A DNA stretch of 64,000 nt, taken from NCBI GenBank assembly GCA_964016885.1, contig OZ024748.1:4650001-4714000 (forward strand), in the 5' to 3' direction. Shown one piece after another: positions 1-14,238 of the stretch. The stretch is from Eledone cirrhosa (taxonomy: Eukaryota). Position 1 is the first letter of the stretch, and each line of letters starts with the position of its first letter. The notes under the pieces are model-generated. The model made no database searches. It was given only the letters and a program-made list of their open reading frames with translations, and was not told the origin of the DNA. Made by a program: the position numbers and the translations under genes.

Positions 1-259
1 GTTGTAGCTGTTGTTATTGCAGTTGTTGTTGTTGCTGTTTAATCTATGACTACTCAGTCCTGTTTTTCCATTTAATCTTAGAGTGTCTTGGATTATATTA
101 TCTAATATATAAAAGTTCATATTTTTGAAATCATTTCGTGGGATTTAAGGATGATTTAGCTATCATTTCTAGCAAGTCACTCTTTGCTGAAGTAATAGGA
201 GGTTGTGATAACCATTCCTGCTTTCAAATAAAATCTGTGGCTAAATGTACCAAAACGGG

Positions 260-312
<53 letters not shown>

Positions 313-317
313 CATTT

Positions 318-548
<231 letters not shown>

Positions 549-560
549 TAAACGGAACAC

Positions 561-639
<79 letters not shown>

Positions 640-786
640 TATATATATATATATATATACATATATATACATATATATATATATAGTAATAGTATAAATG
701 TAAAGACTAAAATCGGAGGCGGCCTCGACAAGTATAATATATATATATATAAAAATAGATAAAACCATATAGATAAAAGCAAATAT

Positions 787-838
787 TTATTAAAGTAACA
801 GATTAAAGTTTAAGCAAATAATCGCTGCTTTCACCTTA
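787..838 (-). mobile_element. Short dispersed repeat (PLE-like 3' fragment), also at 44953-45012 and 53170-53237
   Basis: Shared AGATTAAAGTTTAAGCAAA.AATCGCTGCTTTCACC; the longest copy reads CAGAAGA-T-CCC gttaa GGG-T-GAAA on the minus strand (HHR-like remnant); all copies abut TA-rich tracts. Confidence 0.55.
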
Positions 839-871
839 TACATTCAATATTATTAAGGCTAAAAAGGGAGT

Positions 872-919
872 CTTATTACTCTGGAGTTTCGCCTGTTTAT
901 CACAGGCTCATCGGACAAG
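872..919 (-). ncRNA. Type I hammerhead-like motif, U4C core variant
   Basis: Minus strand reads CTTGT-CCGATGA-GCCTGT gataa ACAGGC-GAA-ACTC ca GAGT-A-ATAAG: 5-bp stem I, 6-bp stem II, 4-bp stem III; core CCGATGA instead of CTGATGA. Confidence 0.7.
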
Positions 920-966
920 TGGTTTGGTATTAAGTACTTCTTTCGCGTGTTTGTAAACCCAAACGG

Positions 967-1017
<51 letters not shown>

Positions 1018-1277
1018 GTGTGTGTATGTGAGTGTCTGCGTGTGCGTGTGTGTGTGAGTATGTGTGCGCGTGTGTGTGTGTGTGTACAGACAGAGAGAGA
1101 GGGGGAGAACTATATATAGAAACGACAGGCTGGATGCACTCTTTTCTAAGCCTAGTAGTATGGAATTGCATTGTTATTGATAAGTCAACATATCGTTATT
1201 TTAATTAGTTTTTTGCAGGTTTTATATAGTCATATTTGATGCATTGTTCAACATTCTATACATATATATACACACAC

Positions 1278-1333
<56 letters not shown>

Positions 1334-2069
1334 GTGAGAGAGTGTGTATGAAATACGTAGCGGTGACGGCGATGATGGGTGCAGATACAACAACACATAT
1401 GTGGTGATGGTTGTGGTGGTGGTGTGTGTGTATGTGGGGTGGGGTGGGTGGTGTTGGCTGTGAACGAAAATGTAAAAGTAGATATAAGATTCAAAACATT
1501 GAGGTAGGGAATACTTTTCGAATGATTAAAACATATACGACTGAATTATAAGCCCCTGAGTAAATCTGCAGCGTAAAATCCTTGTCCACACATCATCAAA
1601 TGTCTATTATAAACGTTAATATTTAAATAAGCTCTGGTGAAGCTTGCCCACCTCTTCAAATGAAAGATGCTGTCAAAATTCGTGTACTTATCGTTACAGG
1701 GTAAACTGGTTGTTATTGACTGACGGTATGTTCTGATAAAAACGTATATCTAGTTTACATATAGTGTTTATCTTCTCATTAGCAATACCGCAACATCGCT
1801 TTAACGTCCATGATTGTTTTTAGTTTATTTTATCCGCCATCTTTGATTTTTGGTTGGTGTATGTTCTAGTCAACGCTAATGACTGTGAAGAAGATGAAGG
1901 TGAGGTATGTTGATGTATGTTAGTGATTATATATATATATATATGTGTGTATGTGTGTGTGTATGTGTGTATATATACGTACGTATGTGTGTGTGTGTTT
2001 GTTTGTGAATGTATGTAAGATTGAGTATATAGGTGGGAAGGTGAGTTTGTTGATGTATGTTAGTGATTG

Positions 2070-2100
<31 letters not shown>

Positions 2101-2184
2101 CACCCCCACCCCCACTCTCAAGCGTGAACCTAATACTAACACGTTATACTGCACTCTTCGTTATTGTTTTTCTTTTTGTTTTAA

Positions 2185-2223
<39 letters not shown>

Positions 2224-3023
2224 AGAAGTGCGCCAGCAACAGAAATGTATGGTAAAGTTATATATGTATAAATGTAGACTGAACCAAATTATATAAATAT
2301 ATAGAGATATCTAACATGTTTTATCATGTAAACTCCAGAAAATACGAATTCCCCTGTAAATTGCAAAAATCATAAACGCATCATACACACACACAGACAG
2401 ACACGTATATATATATATATATATATCTATATCTATATATATGTGTGTGTGTGGGTGTGTGTGTGTGGGTGTGTGTGTGGCCCGGTATACAACAACTATC
2501 GTACTGGGCAGAAGATAATTGTGCTTAATCTCTTTACCCTACAGTTTGAAAAAAAACCAAAAAACCTCAACATAAAATGAAAATATAAATAAATAAAAGG
2601 AAGCTAAATAATAGATAGTGAAGATCAATGAAAGAATATGATTGAAGATGTATTTCAAAGGTCTGTAATATTTGGACTGAGGAGTTATCTATCTGGAACA
2701 TTCTATCTTTGCATTATATTCACAGATATTCCCTTTTGTAGAAACACAAATGATTCATCATCCATTATTTTGGCTTCTATGCTTGTCTCTTTTCTGGGAG
2801 TTTTTTCTGTTATTTTTAAAGATTAAAAAAAAAAAAAAAATTTTTTTTTTTTTTTATGTTTTGTTTGTGTTCCTATTTGTTTTCTTTTTTGTATAGTTAG
2901 TTTTATATAGATTATTTATTGAATAGTTTATTTTTTTATTTGAAGATGTGAAAAGTCAAGTATATTTGTAGCAATTTTATACACAAGTATATGTGTATGC
3001 ATATGCGTACAATATATATATAT

Positions 3024-3055
<32 letters not shown>

Positions 3056-3154
3056 GCATATATGTGTGTATATATCAGAACAAATGTTTTGTATCTGTTC
3101 GACTACATTATAATATACCACTAGGTTATAACATTAAAATTTACCATATGTATG

Positions 3155-3211
<57 letters not shown>

Positions 3212-3314
3212 GTGTGTATAGAAGTTTTAATATAGATAATATTCTATACTTACTGTGGTTACCTCCGATTCAACCCGGAATAACTTACCTATATATATAT
3301 ATATATATATATAT

Positions 3315-3587
<273 letters not shown>

Positions 3588-4395
3588 ATATATGTATGTA
3601 TCACTTCGTCTTTCTCACCTTTCCACACAAAAGTACAATGAAAGCCATTCATATGTACAGCTACATGGACCATGTTCTTAAAATATTCACATGAACTTTG
3701 AAGAGATATATAGATAAAACAATGTTTTGTATAAGAGCAGTTGGTTGAATGTCTATAAACGACACGAGAAATACACCATGGGTATAACATTTTATTAAGA
3801 CTAAATTAAGAGTACACTAGCTGTTAACAAGAAACAAGAGAGAAATATGGCGGAGATGGAGAGACAAAGAATAGAAAGGGACAGAGACAGAAATATACGT
3901 AGAGAGAGAGGGGGGAGGAGGATTGAGAAAGAAAGGCGAGATAGAGAGAGAGGCGAGAGAGAAAGAAATTGAGAAAGAATAAAGGTGAGATAGAGAGAAA
4001 CAAGAGAGAAAGAAATTGAGAAAGAAAGAAGATGAGATAGAGAGAAAGGAGAGAGAGAGGAGTGAGAGAGAGAAAGAAATAGAAAAAGAAAGAAGGTGAG
4101 ATAGATAGAAAGGAGAGCGAGGGAAGGAAATGGAGAAAGAAAGGAGGGATAGAGAGAAAGGAGAGGTAGGGAGAAGAGAGAGAGGAGGGGAAGGGGTGGA
4201 AAGAATTACGAAAACAATTTTAGGAGAACCAAAATCAGGTGACATATGCAACAGCAACAGTAACACCATCATCATCATCAACAACAACATCCACAACAGT
4301 AACTAAAACAACGACATTCTATATAGAGAGAAAGCATCTGTATATATATATATATATACTGTACATATATACTGAAATTTAAATAGTATACGTGA

Positions 4396-4471
<76 letters not shown>

Positions 4472-4474
<3 letters not shown>

Positions 4475-4661
4475 CGAAGGAAATGTGGTAAGGAACCAGG
4501 TGGACCATAACGCACCAAAGTACTCAATACTTAGGGTAGTAGAGTGGGTAATAGGAACGAGTAGGACCCCGACGGCTGAGCTCAAGCCGTTTCGACGGCT
4601 AATTCAGTCCAGAATTAGCCGTCGAAACGGCTTGAGCTCAGCCGTCGGGGTCTTACTCGTT

Positions 4662-4665
<4 letters not shown>
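4472..4665 (-). mobile_element. Family B PLE-like fragment; fold-back IR 4551-4666 carrying the 3' half of an HHR
   Basis: Near-perfect ~55-bp arms; each arm reads GAA-ACGGCT tgagctc AGCCGT-C-GGGG (stem III plus GUC site); flanked by (TA)n. Confidence 0.7.
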
Positions 4666-4705
<40 letters not shown>

Positions 4706-4757
4706 GGTATACTTATAAGTGTATATATATACATATATATATGAATTGTGTTATTTC

Positions 4758-4793
<36 letters not shown>

Positions 4794-5358
4794 CTTAGTA
4801 TATATATATATATTGTGTGTGTGACTATAAATGGAAAGGTATGCCTGAGTCAAGAAAATAGTTTGTAAAGACCAGGGTGTCAACTACAACACGCTCAGAC
4901 CCGCCTTTCACTGATCACATTACACAACATTGTCATTTTCAGGTGTCAAAACCACCTCATCTTCTTCACCTTCTCCTCCTCTCCCCCCTCCTCCAATTGA
5001 TCTCATCGTATGACAACACTAAGCTCTCTTGTTTTAGTTGTATATTCATTTATTTATGTGTTATTTTTCATTTTTTTGTTTGGTGTTGGTGGGGGGATTC
5101 ATATTAAGATTATTATTTTTTTGTCATATAACAATCGGCGTATAACAAACATGCGCACAAACTCACAAATACACGAAGGCGCGTAACATGTATATATAAA
5201 ACATGCAGAAATGTATGTGTTTGTGTATACCGATGTCATATACAGATGAATATACACAGATTTTTGATAAACATGAACTGTGTGTGTATATAAATATATA
5301 TATATATATATGTGTGTGTGTGTATGTATGTATGAGTGTAAGTGTATGTGTGTGTTAA

Positions 5359-5393
<35 letters not shown>

Positions 5394-5525
5394 CACAAAA
5401 AACACCTTATATGAACATATAAATTCCTATATACACAGAGACACATACGGTCATACACGCACAAAGTCAAAAACAAATCTTATATATTCGTAAATATTTG
5501 TAAATGAATATATGTATATACACAC

Positions 5526-5562
<37 letters not shown>

Positions 5563-5576
5563 AATCTATCTATCTA

Positions 5577-5665
<89 letters not shown>

Positions 5666-5955
5666 GTGTTCTTTGCGATGGTTTCAAGAGAGATTTCGTA
5701 TTTTAAGGCTGCAAGATTCACCATTAAGTAAATCTTCGATGAGAAATCTTCTCTCTTTGTTGACAGCTGCTTTTTTTCTTACTTTCTATAAGTTTTGTAT
5801 CGTATTTATATCTAAGGGGCGTTGCACCTGTTGTATTAGTAGTATAGATTGCTTTACTCACGCTGAGAAAATCGCTCATGTCATTCATGTCACTCACTCA
5901 CTGGATTTCAATGTCTTTGTTCTGCCAACAATTGTTCTTTATTGCACGTGTTTAG

Positions 5956-6225
5956 TTAAAAAAAAAAAAAGCAACTGCATCCCTTTGCTAGCAAGCGAGT
6001 TTTCCTTTTGCGCTCATTTTCTTGTCGTATTTCGTAGGCATGAGAAGCTGTTGTCTTATTGTAGATCAGCTGCGTGCTTTGGCTGTAGTTCTCATCTTGG
6101 GGCTTTTCTTGTTGTGAAGCACACAGATTAATAACAGAAATGTCTTCTATTATCCCGCTCTGTCTATATTCAGTAAATGTCAGAATGTTCCAGGCATTGC
6201 TGAAGTTGTGTCGTAGTTGTTGGAT
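5956..6225 (-). CDS. Possible terminal coding exon of an unidentified spliced gene (89 codons ending ...RKRKTRLLAKGCSCFFFF*)
   Basis: Acceptor-like TTTCTTTTAG upstream, non-repetitive open frame to TAA at 5956-5958, AATAAA at 5938-5943; no start codon, no partner exons found, no recognised homology. Confidence 0.3.
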   Translation of the reverse strand: MQQLRHNFSNAWNILTFTEYRQSGIIEDISVINLCASQQEKPQDENYSQSTQLIYNKTTASHAYEIRQENERKRKTRLLAKGCSCFFFF

Positions 6226-6560
6226 CTAAAAGAAACTCAACTCATTTTATATTTATTCCGCTCGTATCATTTCTCCCGCTGACGTTGCTATAGAGCGAGT
6301 TCACTTGCTGTTAAATCATAATAGATAATAATTTTCATACATATATTCTTGTTACTAAAAGAGAAAGGCAAGGGATCTGGGGCCACAGAAACATGAAATG
6401 GTGATGAGCTCAGAACCTAAGGTGTGGTGGTGTTACGGCTGCGCCGCACGGTTCCATAACTTTACATAAATATCATTTGAAATCAGAAAGAAAATAGACG
6501 AAACTCTAAGCCAATACTGCCAATTCATGGTACTGCCAATCCATGGTACTGACACCCAAT

Positions 6561-6940
6561 GGTTTCTGGTTTAGGCACAATGGGGTGGGGGAGAAATCTA
6601 TTAAATTGACCGCAGTGCATTACTGGTACTTTATTTTATCAACCCTGTAAAGATGAAAGGCAAAGTTAAACTCGGCGGGATTAGAACTCTGAATCTGAAG
6701 GGACATAACTATATGCTGCAAAGCATGGTGTCTGATGCTCTACCGATACTGTCAATCCATACCCTGTAATAATAATAATTGTTTCTACTTTTGGCACAAG
6801 GCCAGCAATTTTGTGAGAGGGGAAAGTCGATTAAATCGACCCCACTACGCAAAGTTAACCTCGACGGGATTGGAACACAAAAAGTAAGGGAGGTAACTAT
6901 GCTGGAAAGCATGGCGTCCGACCCTTTACCGATACTGCCA
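6561..6940 (-). mobile_element. Two tandem tRNA-derived SINE copies (family S1; 6561-6759 and an internally deleted copy 6777-6940)
   Basis: Reverse complement has A box-like TGRCAGTATCGGTA, B box-like sequence and the S1 tail ...TTGTGCC...AGAAAC. Confidence 0.85.
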
Positions 6941-7395
6941 AGAAGAAGAAGAAGAAGAAGAAGAAGAAGAAGAAGAAGAAGAAGAAGAAGAAGAAGAAGA
7001 AGAAGAAGAAGAAAGTATGACAGGAACACTTCCGAAACAAAGCTTCCATGTTGACTGATATTGGTAGTACTCAACTCAGTGAGGCAGATAATCTTAGTTT
7101 TGTTATATAAAAAAAGAAGGGTTGGCATTTCAGCTTTATTTGGGTCTACAACTGGCTTTGTTTGAAAGGTGTGTAGGTGAGAGGACACCCCAGACACACA
7201 GGGTATCGAGTTTAGTTGGCTGCTCTCTTTATATATATCTATATAATTTTGTGTTATCGTGTCATGCTTACATTTCACTAAAAAAAAAAGTTTTTTTTTT
7301 CCTTTTTAACTCCACACACATACCTATAAGCACACACACACACACACACACGCACGCACACACACACACACACACACGCGCGCGCGCGCACGCGC

Positions 7396-7470
<75 letters not shown>

Positions 7471-7544
7471 CACACATATATAGATATATATATATACATA
7501 TATATATATATAAACTTATACAGAGAGAGAGACACAGACACACA

Positions 7545-7589
<45 letters not shown>

Positions 7590-7590
7590 G

Positions 7591-7722
7591 TATGACGGCC
7601 GGCTGCAGTTTCCCTCTATCAAATTCCACAAACAAGTCTTTGGTCAACCCTAGCTTCCGCAGTGAGACTGGAACCCAGATTTACGTGACTACAAGGCGAA
7701 TCTCTTAACCACACTACCATGT
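7591..7722 (-). mobile_element. Decayed tRNA-derived SINE (second family; related head at 46490-46640)
   Basis: Reverse complement TGGTAGTGTGGTTAAG...GGGTTCCAGTCTCACTGCG...GACCAAAGACTTGT...GGAAACTG ending in a (CA)n tract. Confidence 0.6.
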
Positions 7723-7760
7723 TTCTTATTTACTCCTTTATTTATATTTATATTTGGTAG

Positions 7761-7841
<81 letters not shown>

Positions 7842-8809
7842 CTTTTGTTGTTCTTTAAACATGTTTGGTGCCCATTAGCTCGGTCACTGAGCTGCAACGC
7901 TGGCTTTGACAATAAAGGCGACACGCTTTGACAATAAAGGAGACACTGAGTCCACTCACGGGAACTACAAGCATCACACTATCACAGAGTTAGGTGCAAC
8001 ATCTTTGACAATGAAAATTGTGGGCACAATTTGACTGTGATTAATTGCACAGTTTCGCGCCAAACAAACAACTTACACCGCCGCCATTTTGCAACTACTT
8101 CTGTCTTTCCTCTTTCTTCTTCACTTTTCGTTCTTCTTCTTCTTCTTCTTCTTCTTCTTCTTCTTCTTCTTCTTCTTCTTCTTCTTCTTCTTCTTCTTCT
8201 TCTTCTTCTTCTTCTTCTTCTTCTTCTTCTTCTTCTTCTTCTTCTTCTTCTTCTTCTCCTTCTTCTTCACCTTTCTAACCTTCCAGTAGTTGTGTTCATG
8301 AGTGTTGTTGTTTTTGTTGTTGATCTTCTTCACCTTCTGCACCTTGGTAACCCTGTTGTTGTTGTTACTGTTGTTGTAGTTCTTTGCGGTCATCATCATC
8401 ATCACAATCATCATCACCATTGTTATCTTTGCCGCCATCTTTCTCTAGTGGCTTTCACACTAATACTGATAATAATAGTAATAACAAAATTTCCAGTTCT
8501 TACACACACACACACATACACACATATGCACACGCACACTTACACACATATGCACACGCACACATACACACACACACATATGCACACGCACACTTACACA
8601 CACACACATATGCACACGCACACATAACACACACACACACGCACATACATATGCACACGCACACATACACACATACACACACATATGCAAACGCACACAT
8701 ACACACACACATATGCACACGAACACATACACACACATATGCATACGCACATACACACACATACAAACACACAGAATAAAGCTCTGCTATGCACTGCATA
8801 CATATATAG

Positions 8810-8952
8810 ATTGCTGGTTGTTGGACTTCCGTCGGTTCAATGACGAGTGTTTCAGTTGTTCACACATCACAACCAAACAGCCTGGTCTTGAAATTAACTC
8901 ACAAGTGCCTGAGCATCCTTAACGTAGTTCTCAAGAATATTCAGCATGTCAC
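8810..8952 (+). mobile_element. Dispersed SINE-tail-like fragment (related pieces at 46650-46730 minus and 55295-55447 plus)
   Basis: Shared GAAATTA...AAGTG.CTGAGCA...TAACGTAGTTCTC.GGAGATTCAGC motif at three loci. Confidence 0.5.
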
Positions 8953-9129
8953 ATATATATATTTATAGATCGTTATCTGTTGAGACGGCAAGAGCTCACC
9001 CGCCGGGTCCCGACTCTTTCATCTATATACCTATATAATATATATATATATATATATAATGAAAAATTGAACAGGGACAGAACAGAGAGGCATATATATA
9101 TATTGAAAACTCTGGTTCGAAGGATTAAC

Positions 9130-9222
9130 ACGTGTCTGAAGAATTTGCGATTTCAGAGTCAGGTTCGATCATCGCATCGATCGTGCCTCGAGCTGGTCAC
9201 CAGAGAAACGATTGTAATATGT
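9130..9222 (+). ncRNA. Type I hammerhead-like motif with extended (~62 nt) stem II
   Basis: ACGTGT-CTGAAGA-[long hairpin]-GAA-AC gatt GT-A-ATATGT; 6-bp stem I with two G:U pairs; AATAAA at 9225; homolog at 58326. Confidence 0.7.
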
Positions 9223-9267
9223 CTAATAAATTCTAATTCGTCGCACCACTGATTCTCCGTCTCTTGT

Positions 9268-9304
<37 letters not shown>

Positions 9305-9407
9305 CGAGAGAGAGGGAGGTATATATATATATGAAAGAGAGAGAGAGACAGAGAGAGAGAGGGGGGGGAGACAGAGAGAGAGGGGGGGGAGACAGAGAGA
9401 GAGAGAG

Positions 9408-9469
<62 letters not shown>

Positions 9470-9472
<3 letters not shown>

Positions 9473-9570
9473 AGAACTGCGAAACCGGTAAAGGAACCAA
9501 ATAAATATATATATTTTTTTTAAAAATAAGACTCCAGTTGCATTTTCGATTTCATCTTTTTTTCTTTATA
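9470..9570 (+). mobile_element. 3' fragment of the family seen in full at 33118-33406
   Basis: AGAAGAACTGCGAAACCGGTAAAGGAACCAAATAAA...GACTCCA.TTGCATTTTCGATTTCATC matches 33307-33404. Confidence 0.8.
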
Positions 9571-9588
9571 TATATATAGTAAACCTTC

Positions 9589-9692
<104 letters not shown>

Positions 9693-9707
9693 AGGTTTAC
9701 TATAATA

Positions 9708-9760
<53 letters not shown>

Positions 9761-10538
9761 TGAGAAGGTTTACTATAATATACTATACTAGACAGGATAT
9801 GTGATTTTCCAGATGTCTATTTTAATGTGTGACAATGAAGTTCCTTTGTATGTCTCTGTCTTCTTCTCTCTCTTCTTCTCTCTTCTTCTCCCTTCTTCTC
9901 TTTCTTCTTCTCTCTATTCTTCCCTCTTCTTCTCTTTCTTCTTCTCTCTCTACTTCTCTCTCTCCTCCTTATGATGGAATCCACACAGGAGTTGTTATCT
10001 GAGGACAAATCAGGGATTTCTCTCTTCTTCAAGATTCTAGCATAACACTGTGGAGAGAGAGAGGGGGGGATAGAGAGAGTGAAAGATTAGAGGAGAGTGA
10101 AGAAGAGTGAAGGGAGAGTGAGGGAAATAAAGGGTGAGTGAGGGTGGAAGGGGAAGAGATGGAGTGGAAATGATTTTTACATAGTAAGTGAGGTTGTGTT
10201 GGTGGCGGTGGTAGTGTTTGTTGGTGTTGCTAGTGGTGGTGGTTGTGGTAGTAGTGGTGGTGGTTGTGGTTGTGGTTGTGTTGGTGGTTGTTGGTGTTGC
10301 TGGTTGTGGTGGTTGTGAAGGTGGTCGTGGTTGTTGTGGTAGTGTTTGTTGTTGTGGTAGTGTTTGTTGTTGTGGTGGTGGTTGCCTGTGGTTGTGATGG
10401 CCGTGGGTGTGCTGTTGGTTAATGTTTTCGGTGTTTTGGTGGTGGTGGTGGTGGTGGTGGTGGTGGTGGTAGAGTTGGTCGTGGCGGCGCTGTTGGTTTT
10501 GCTGGTGGTGGTGGTTTTGTTTATTGTGGTGTTGCTGG

Positions 10539-10606
<68 letters not shown>

Positions 10607-10607
<1 letters not shown>

Positions 10608-10795
10608 CTATCACAGAAACAAGAAACGAACAAGCAAGAGGATACATTAACAAGAATTCGTATTAGTTTCATGCTTAAAAAAAAGAGTGAGTTACATAGT
10701 CAACGTATCTAGCATTTGCCCTTCATCAGGAAATACACAAAGAGGAAAAGTGCAAAGAAAATAAAAAAGAAAAAATGTTATTCTAGAAATAAAAT
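10607..10795 (-). mobile_element. PLE-like fragment with decayed HHR (10699-10732); family also at 37600-37776 and 51390-51523
   Basis: Minus strand CTGATGA-AGGGCAAATGCTA-GATA-CGTT; downstream AAGC.T.AA.CT.ATA motif shared with the other two copies. Confidence 0.5.
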
Positions 10796-10828
10796 TAGAA
10801 AAAAAGCTGGGTGATGATGGGGAGTAGT

Positions 10829-10868
<40 letters not shown>

Positions 10869-10957
10869 TGTGTGTGTGTGTGTGTGTGATAGATATATAG
10901 ATATAGAGTGGAAGAGATAGATATATAGTATATTTTTCTTTATTTGCCACAGTGGCT

Positions 10958-11143
10958 ATTGTTTCTACATTTGGCACAAAGGCCAGCAATTATTCCAGTG
11001 CATTACTGGTACTTTATTTTATCGACCCCGTAAGGATGAAAGGCAAAGTTAACCTCGGCGGGATTTGAACTGAGAATGGCAAGGGCCGTAACTCTATGCG
11101 TCAAAGCATGGTGTCCGACCCTCTACCGATACTGCCAATCCAC
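10958..11143 (-). mobile_element. tRNA-derived SINE S1, full length
   Basis: A box TGGCAGTATCGGTAG, B box GTTCAAATCCC, central CTTTGCCTTTCATCCTTACGGGGTCGATAAAAT. Confidence 0.9.
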
Positions 11144-11466
11144 TGATAGATAGATATAGTGGGAGTGATAGATGGGTAGATATATGAAGTGAGTGAAAGT
11201 GATAGCTAGACAGATAAAGTGAGTGAAGATCAGATAGATAGATAGACAGATAAAGCGAGTGAGAGAGAGATTGGAGAAAGAGAGAGAGGGTAGATAGAGG
11301 ATGGATAGAGATAGAGAGAGGTGGAAATGAGCGAGTGAGAGGTTATAAAAGTGAGACCACGGCACCTTGAGTGATTAAAATCTCTTTAAATGATTCCGCA
11401 CGAGAAATGCACCAACAATTGCAGTCAGGGTTGTTGGCGGGGATGGATTTGTGATGGTTAGGTTAA

Positions 11467-12200
11467 AGGTTTGGTGGTTTGGTTGGTGGTAGGGTTGGTG
11501 TTTTGGTTGGTTGGTGGTTTGGTTGGTGATTTGGTTGGTTGGTGGTTTGGTTGGTGTTTTGGTTGGTTGGTGGTTTGGTTGGTGATTTGGTTGGTTGGTG
11601 GTTTGGTTGGTGTTTTGGTTGGTTGGTGGTTTGGTTGGTGTTTGGTTGGTGTTTTGGTTGGTTGGTGGTTTGGTTGGTGGTTTGGTTGGTTGGTGGTTTG
11701 GTTGGTGTTTTGGTTGGTTGGTGGTTTGGTTGGTGTTTTGGTTGGTGTTTTGGTTGGTGGTGGTTTGGTTGGTGGTTTGGTTGGTTGGTGGTTTGGTTAG
11801 TGTTTTGGTTGGTGTTTTGGTTGGTTGGTGGTTTGGTTGGTGTTTTGGTTGGTTGGTGGTTTGGTTAGTGTTTTGGTTGGTTGGTGGTTTGGTTGGTGGT
11901 TTGGTTGGTGTTTTGGTTGGTTGGTGGTTTGGTTGGTGGTTTGGTTGGTTGGTGGTTTGGTTAGTGTTTTGGTTGGTTGGTGGTTTGGTTGGGGTTTGGT
12001 TGGTTAGTGTGTGAGGTGGGTGTGGACTTGTTGGTGGTTTGGTTGGTAGGTAGTTTGGTTTGTTGGTTGGTGGTTTTGTTGGTAGGTGGTTTTGTTGGTT
12101 TGTGGTTTGGTTCGTTAGTAGGTGGGTGGGGTGGACTGGTTGGTGGTTTGGTTTGTTAGTAGGTGGGTGGGGTGGACTGGTTGGTGGTTTGGTTTGTTAG
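11467..12200. repeat. Compound GGTT/GGTTT/GGT minisatellite
   Basis: Variant units such as TTGGTTGGTTGGTGGT and TTGGTTGGTGTT. Confidence 0.95.
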
Positions 12201-12569
12201 TATATATATACTGGTTGTCTGCTCAATATAATCCTTGACCACTCCAATGTACATTATGTTCAGTTCTGGCATGTAGATTTTTAGACCCAGATATACTTTT
12301 AAAAAGCCGTCCACATAAATTGCATATTAGCTTTTGGTGCAGCGCAGACTACCTATGTATCTTATTGGACCTTGGAATATATGTTTAGACCTTCATGAGA
12401 TTTGCAGATCGTGTGGCATATGTGCCTTGGTAAGTGTGAACTAGTCTGTATATGCTATAGTCAATAGGGAGGACTGTATTGAGTGCTCGGACGTGAGATT
12501 GAATCCAATCTCTGACAGGCAGATTCTGTTACAGACTGTACAAGTAGTCTATGTTTAAAGTCTGTCTAA

Positions 12570-12803
12570 GTCAGAAGGCTCATTTGGACCACGCTTATCC
12601 CGGTTTCATGGCGAGAAGCGACTGAGAGTACAAGACCTCCCGCTGGACAGGACGCCAGTCCATCGCAGGGTTAAACCCCCAGCTAGTGCTGGTACACATT
12701 TTCAGCTGAAGTGTTTTGCTCAAGAACACAACACGCAACCCAAGAATCGAACCCATATCGTTATGACCGTAAGGCCAACACCCACCAGACCACGTGCCTC
12801 CAC
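12570..12803 (-). mobile_element. tRNA-derived SINE with CORE-like and V-domain-like segments
   Basis: Reverse complement has B box GGTTCGATTC, then TGTGTTCTTGAGCAAAACACTT and CCCTGCGATGGACTGGCGTCCTGTCCAG; domain names are from memory. Confidence 0.7.
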
Positions 12804-12948
12804 GTACAACTAGAGAAAGGTCTATGTTCCCTTAGTAGCTGCGTTTTTTTATTTTTTTATTTCTTTTAAAATGTAATTGTAGTTGCCTGCTTTACTCTAA
12901 GGTTTACACACCGTCCTATATTTTTGAATGATGCTGATGATGATTAGA

Positions 12949-12982
<34 letters not shown>

Positions 12983-13005
12983 GTAGAAGGAGGGCGAAAT
13001 AATAA

Positions 13006-13215
13006 TGATTTCTAGTATAGGCACAAGGCTAGTAATGTGGGAGGAGGGGAAGTCGATTAAATCGACCCCAGTGCATTACTGGGACTTTATTTTATCGTCC
13101 CAGTAAGGATGAAAGGTAAAGTTAACCTCGGTGGGATTTGAACTCAGAACGTAAAGAGACGCAACTATACCGCGAAGCAAAGTGACGGACGCTCTACCAA
13201 TTCTGCCAATCCACC
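13006..13215 (-). mobile_element. SINE S1, long variant with GTCGATTAAATCGAC hairpin
   Basis: Same head and central domain as other S1 copies plus a ~30-bp insert. Confidence 0.9.
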
Positions 13216-13900
13216 ATGATGACGATGATGATGATGATGATGATGATGATGCGGTGGAGTATGAGGAGTTAGAGGAAGAACGATTTGGTGATTGTGATAG
13301 TGAGTTACTGATGATGATGAAGAAGAAGAAGAAGAAGAAGAAGAAGAAGAAGAAGAAGAAGAAGAAGAAGAAGAAAGAAGAAGAAGAAGAAGAAGAAGAA
13401 GAAGAAGAAGAAGAAGAAGAAGAAGAAGAAGAAGAAAGATTGGTGATAATGTTTATGGTGGTGCTGGATATTTTAGTGACAGATGTTTGAATTAATAGAA
13501 TGAAAAAAAAAGCTAGTACGAAAACAACAAAAATATAACAGAAGTCAATAACAACAACAACAAACAACCAAAGAACGACAAACAGCAAAGACAACAACAA
13601 CAATTGGCAAGAACAAATATTAAAAACAAAACAACAAACAAACAGTAATATACAATAATACAAGCCATCCAAAATGGTGGCAGATGAATTTGGTCAGTGT
13701 TGAAGTTTAATAAAGAGATCACATTGGCTTTTGACATTTTCACGTAATCCCCAGTGGAACTTGATAACAACAGCTCCTTATTTGGAGATGTTTGTTATTG
13801 TTGTTACTGTTGGTGTTCTTGTTCTTGTTGTTACTGTAACATAGAGAATGACCTCCTCATTGCATAGCTAATTGAGTGATATCTAATCACTGGTGTAGCG

Positions 13901-13968
<68 letters not shown>

Positions 13969-14065
13969 TGTTGTTGTAGTTGTAGTAGGATAGCTGGTGG
14001 ATCAGCAGTACAATTATTTGTAGCAACAGCAGTATTATTAATTAAAATAGTAATAGTAGCAACAA

Positions 14066-14118
<53 letters not shown>

Positions 14119-14238
14119 ACAGTAGTAGTTGCTGTTTTAAATATTGTTGATGTTGTGGAGTCTAACGTTAGTCTTGGTAGTGATTTTGGGGGTGGTTCTT
14201 GTTACTGAGTTCAATCATTGAACTAAGGTTTTACTAGA

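Noticed and set aside
11467-12200. Possible telomere-like array
   Set aside because: Units are GGTT/GGT mosaics, not TTAGGG
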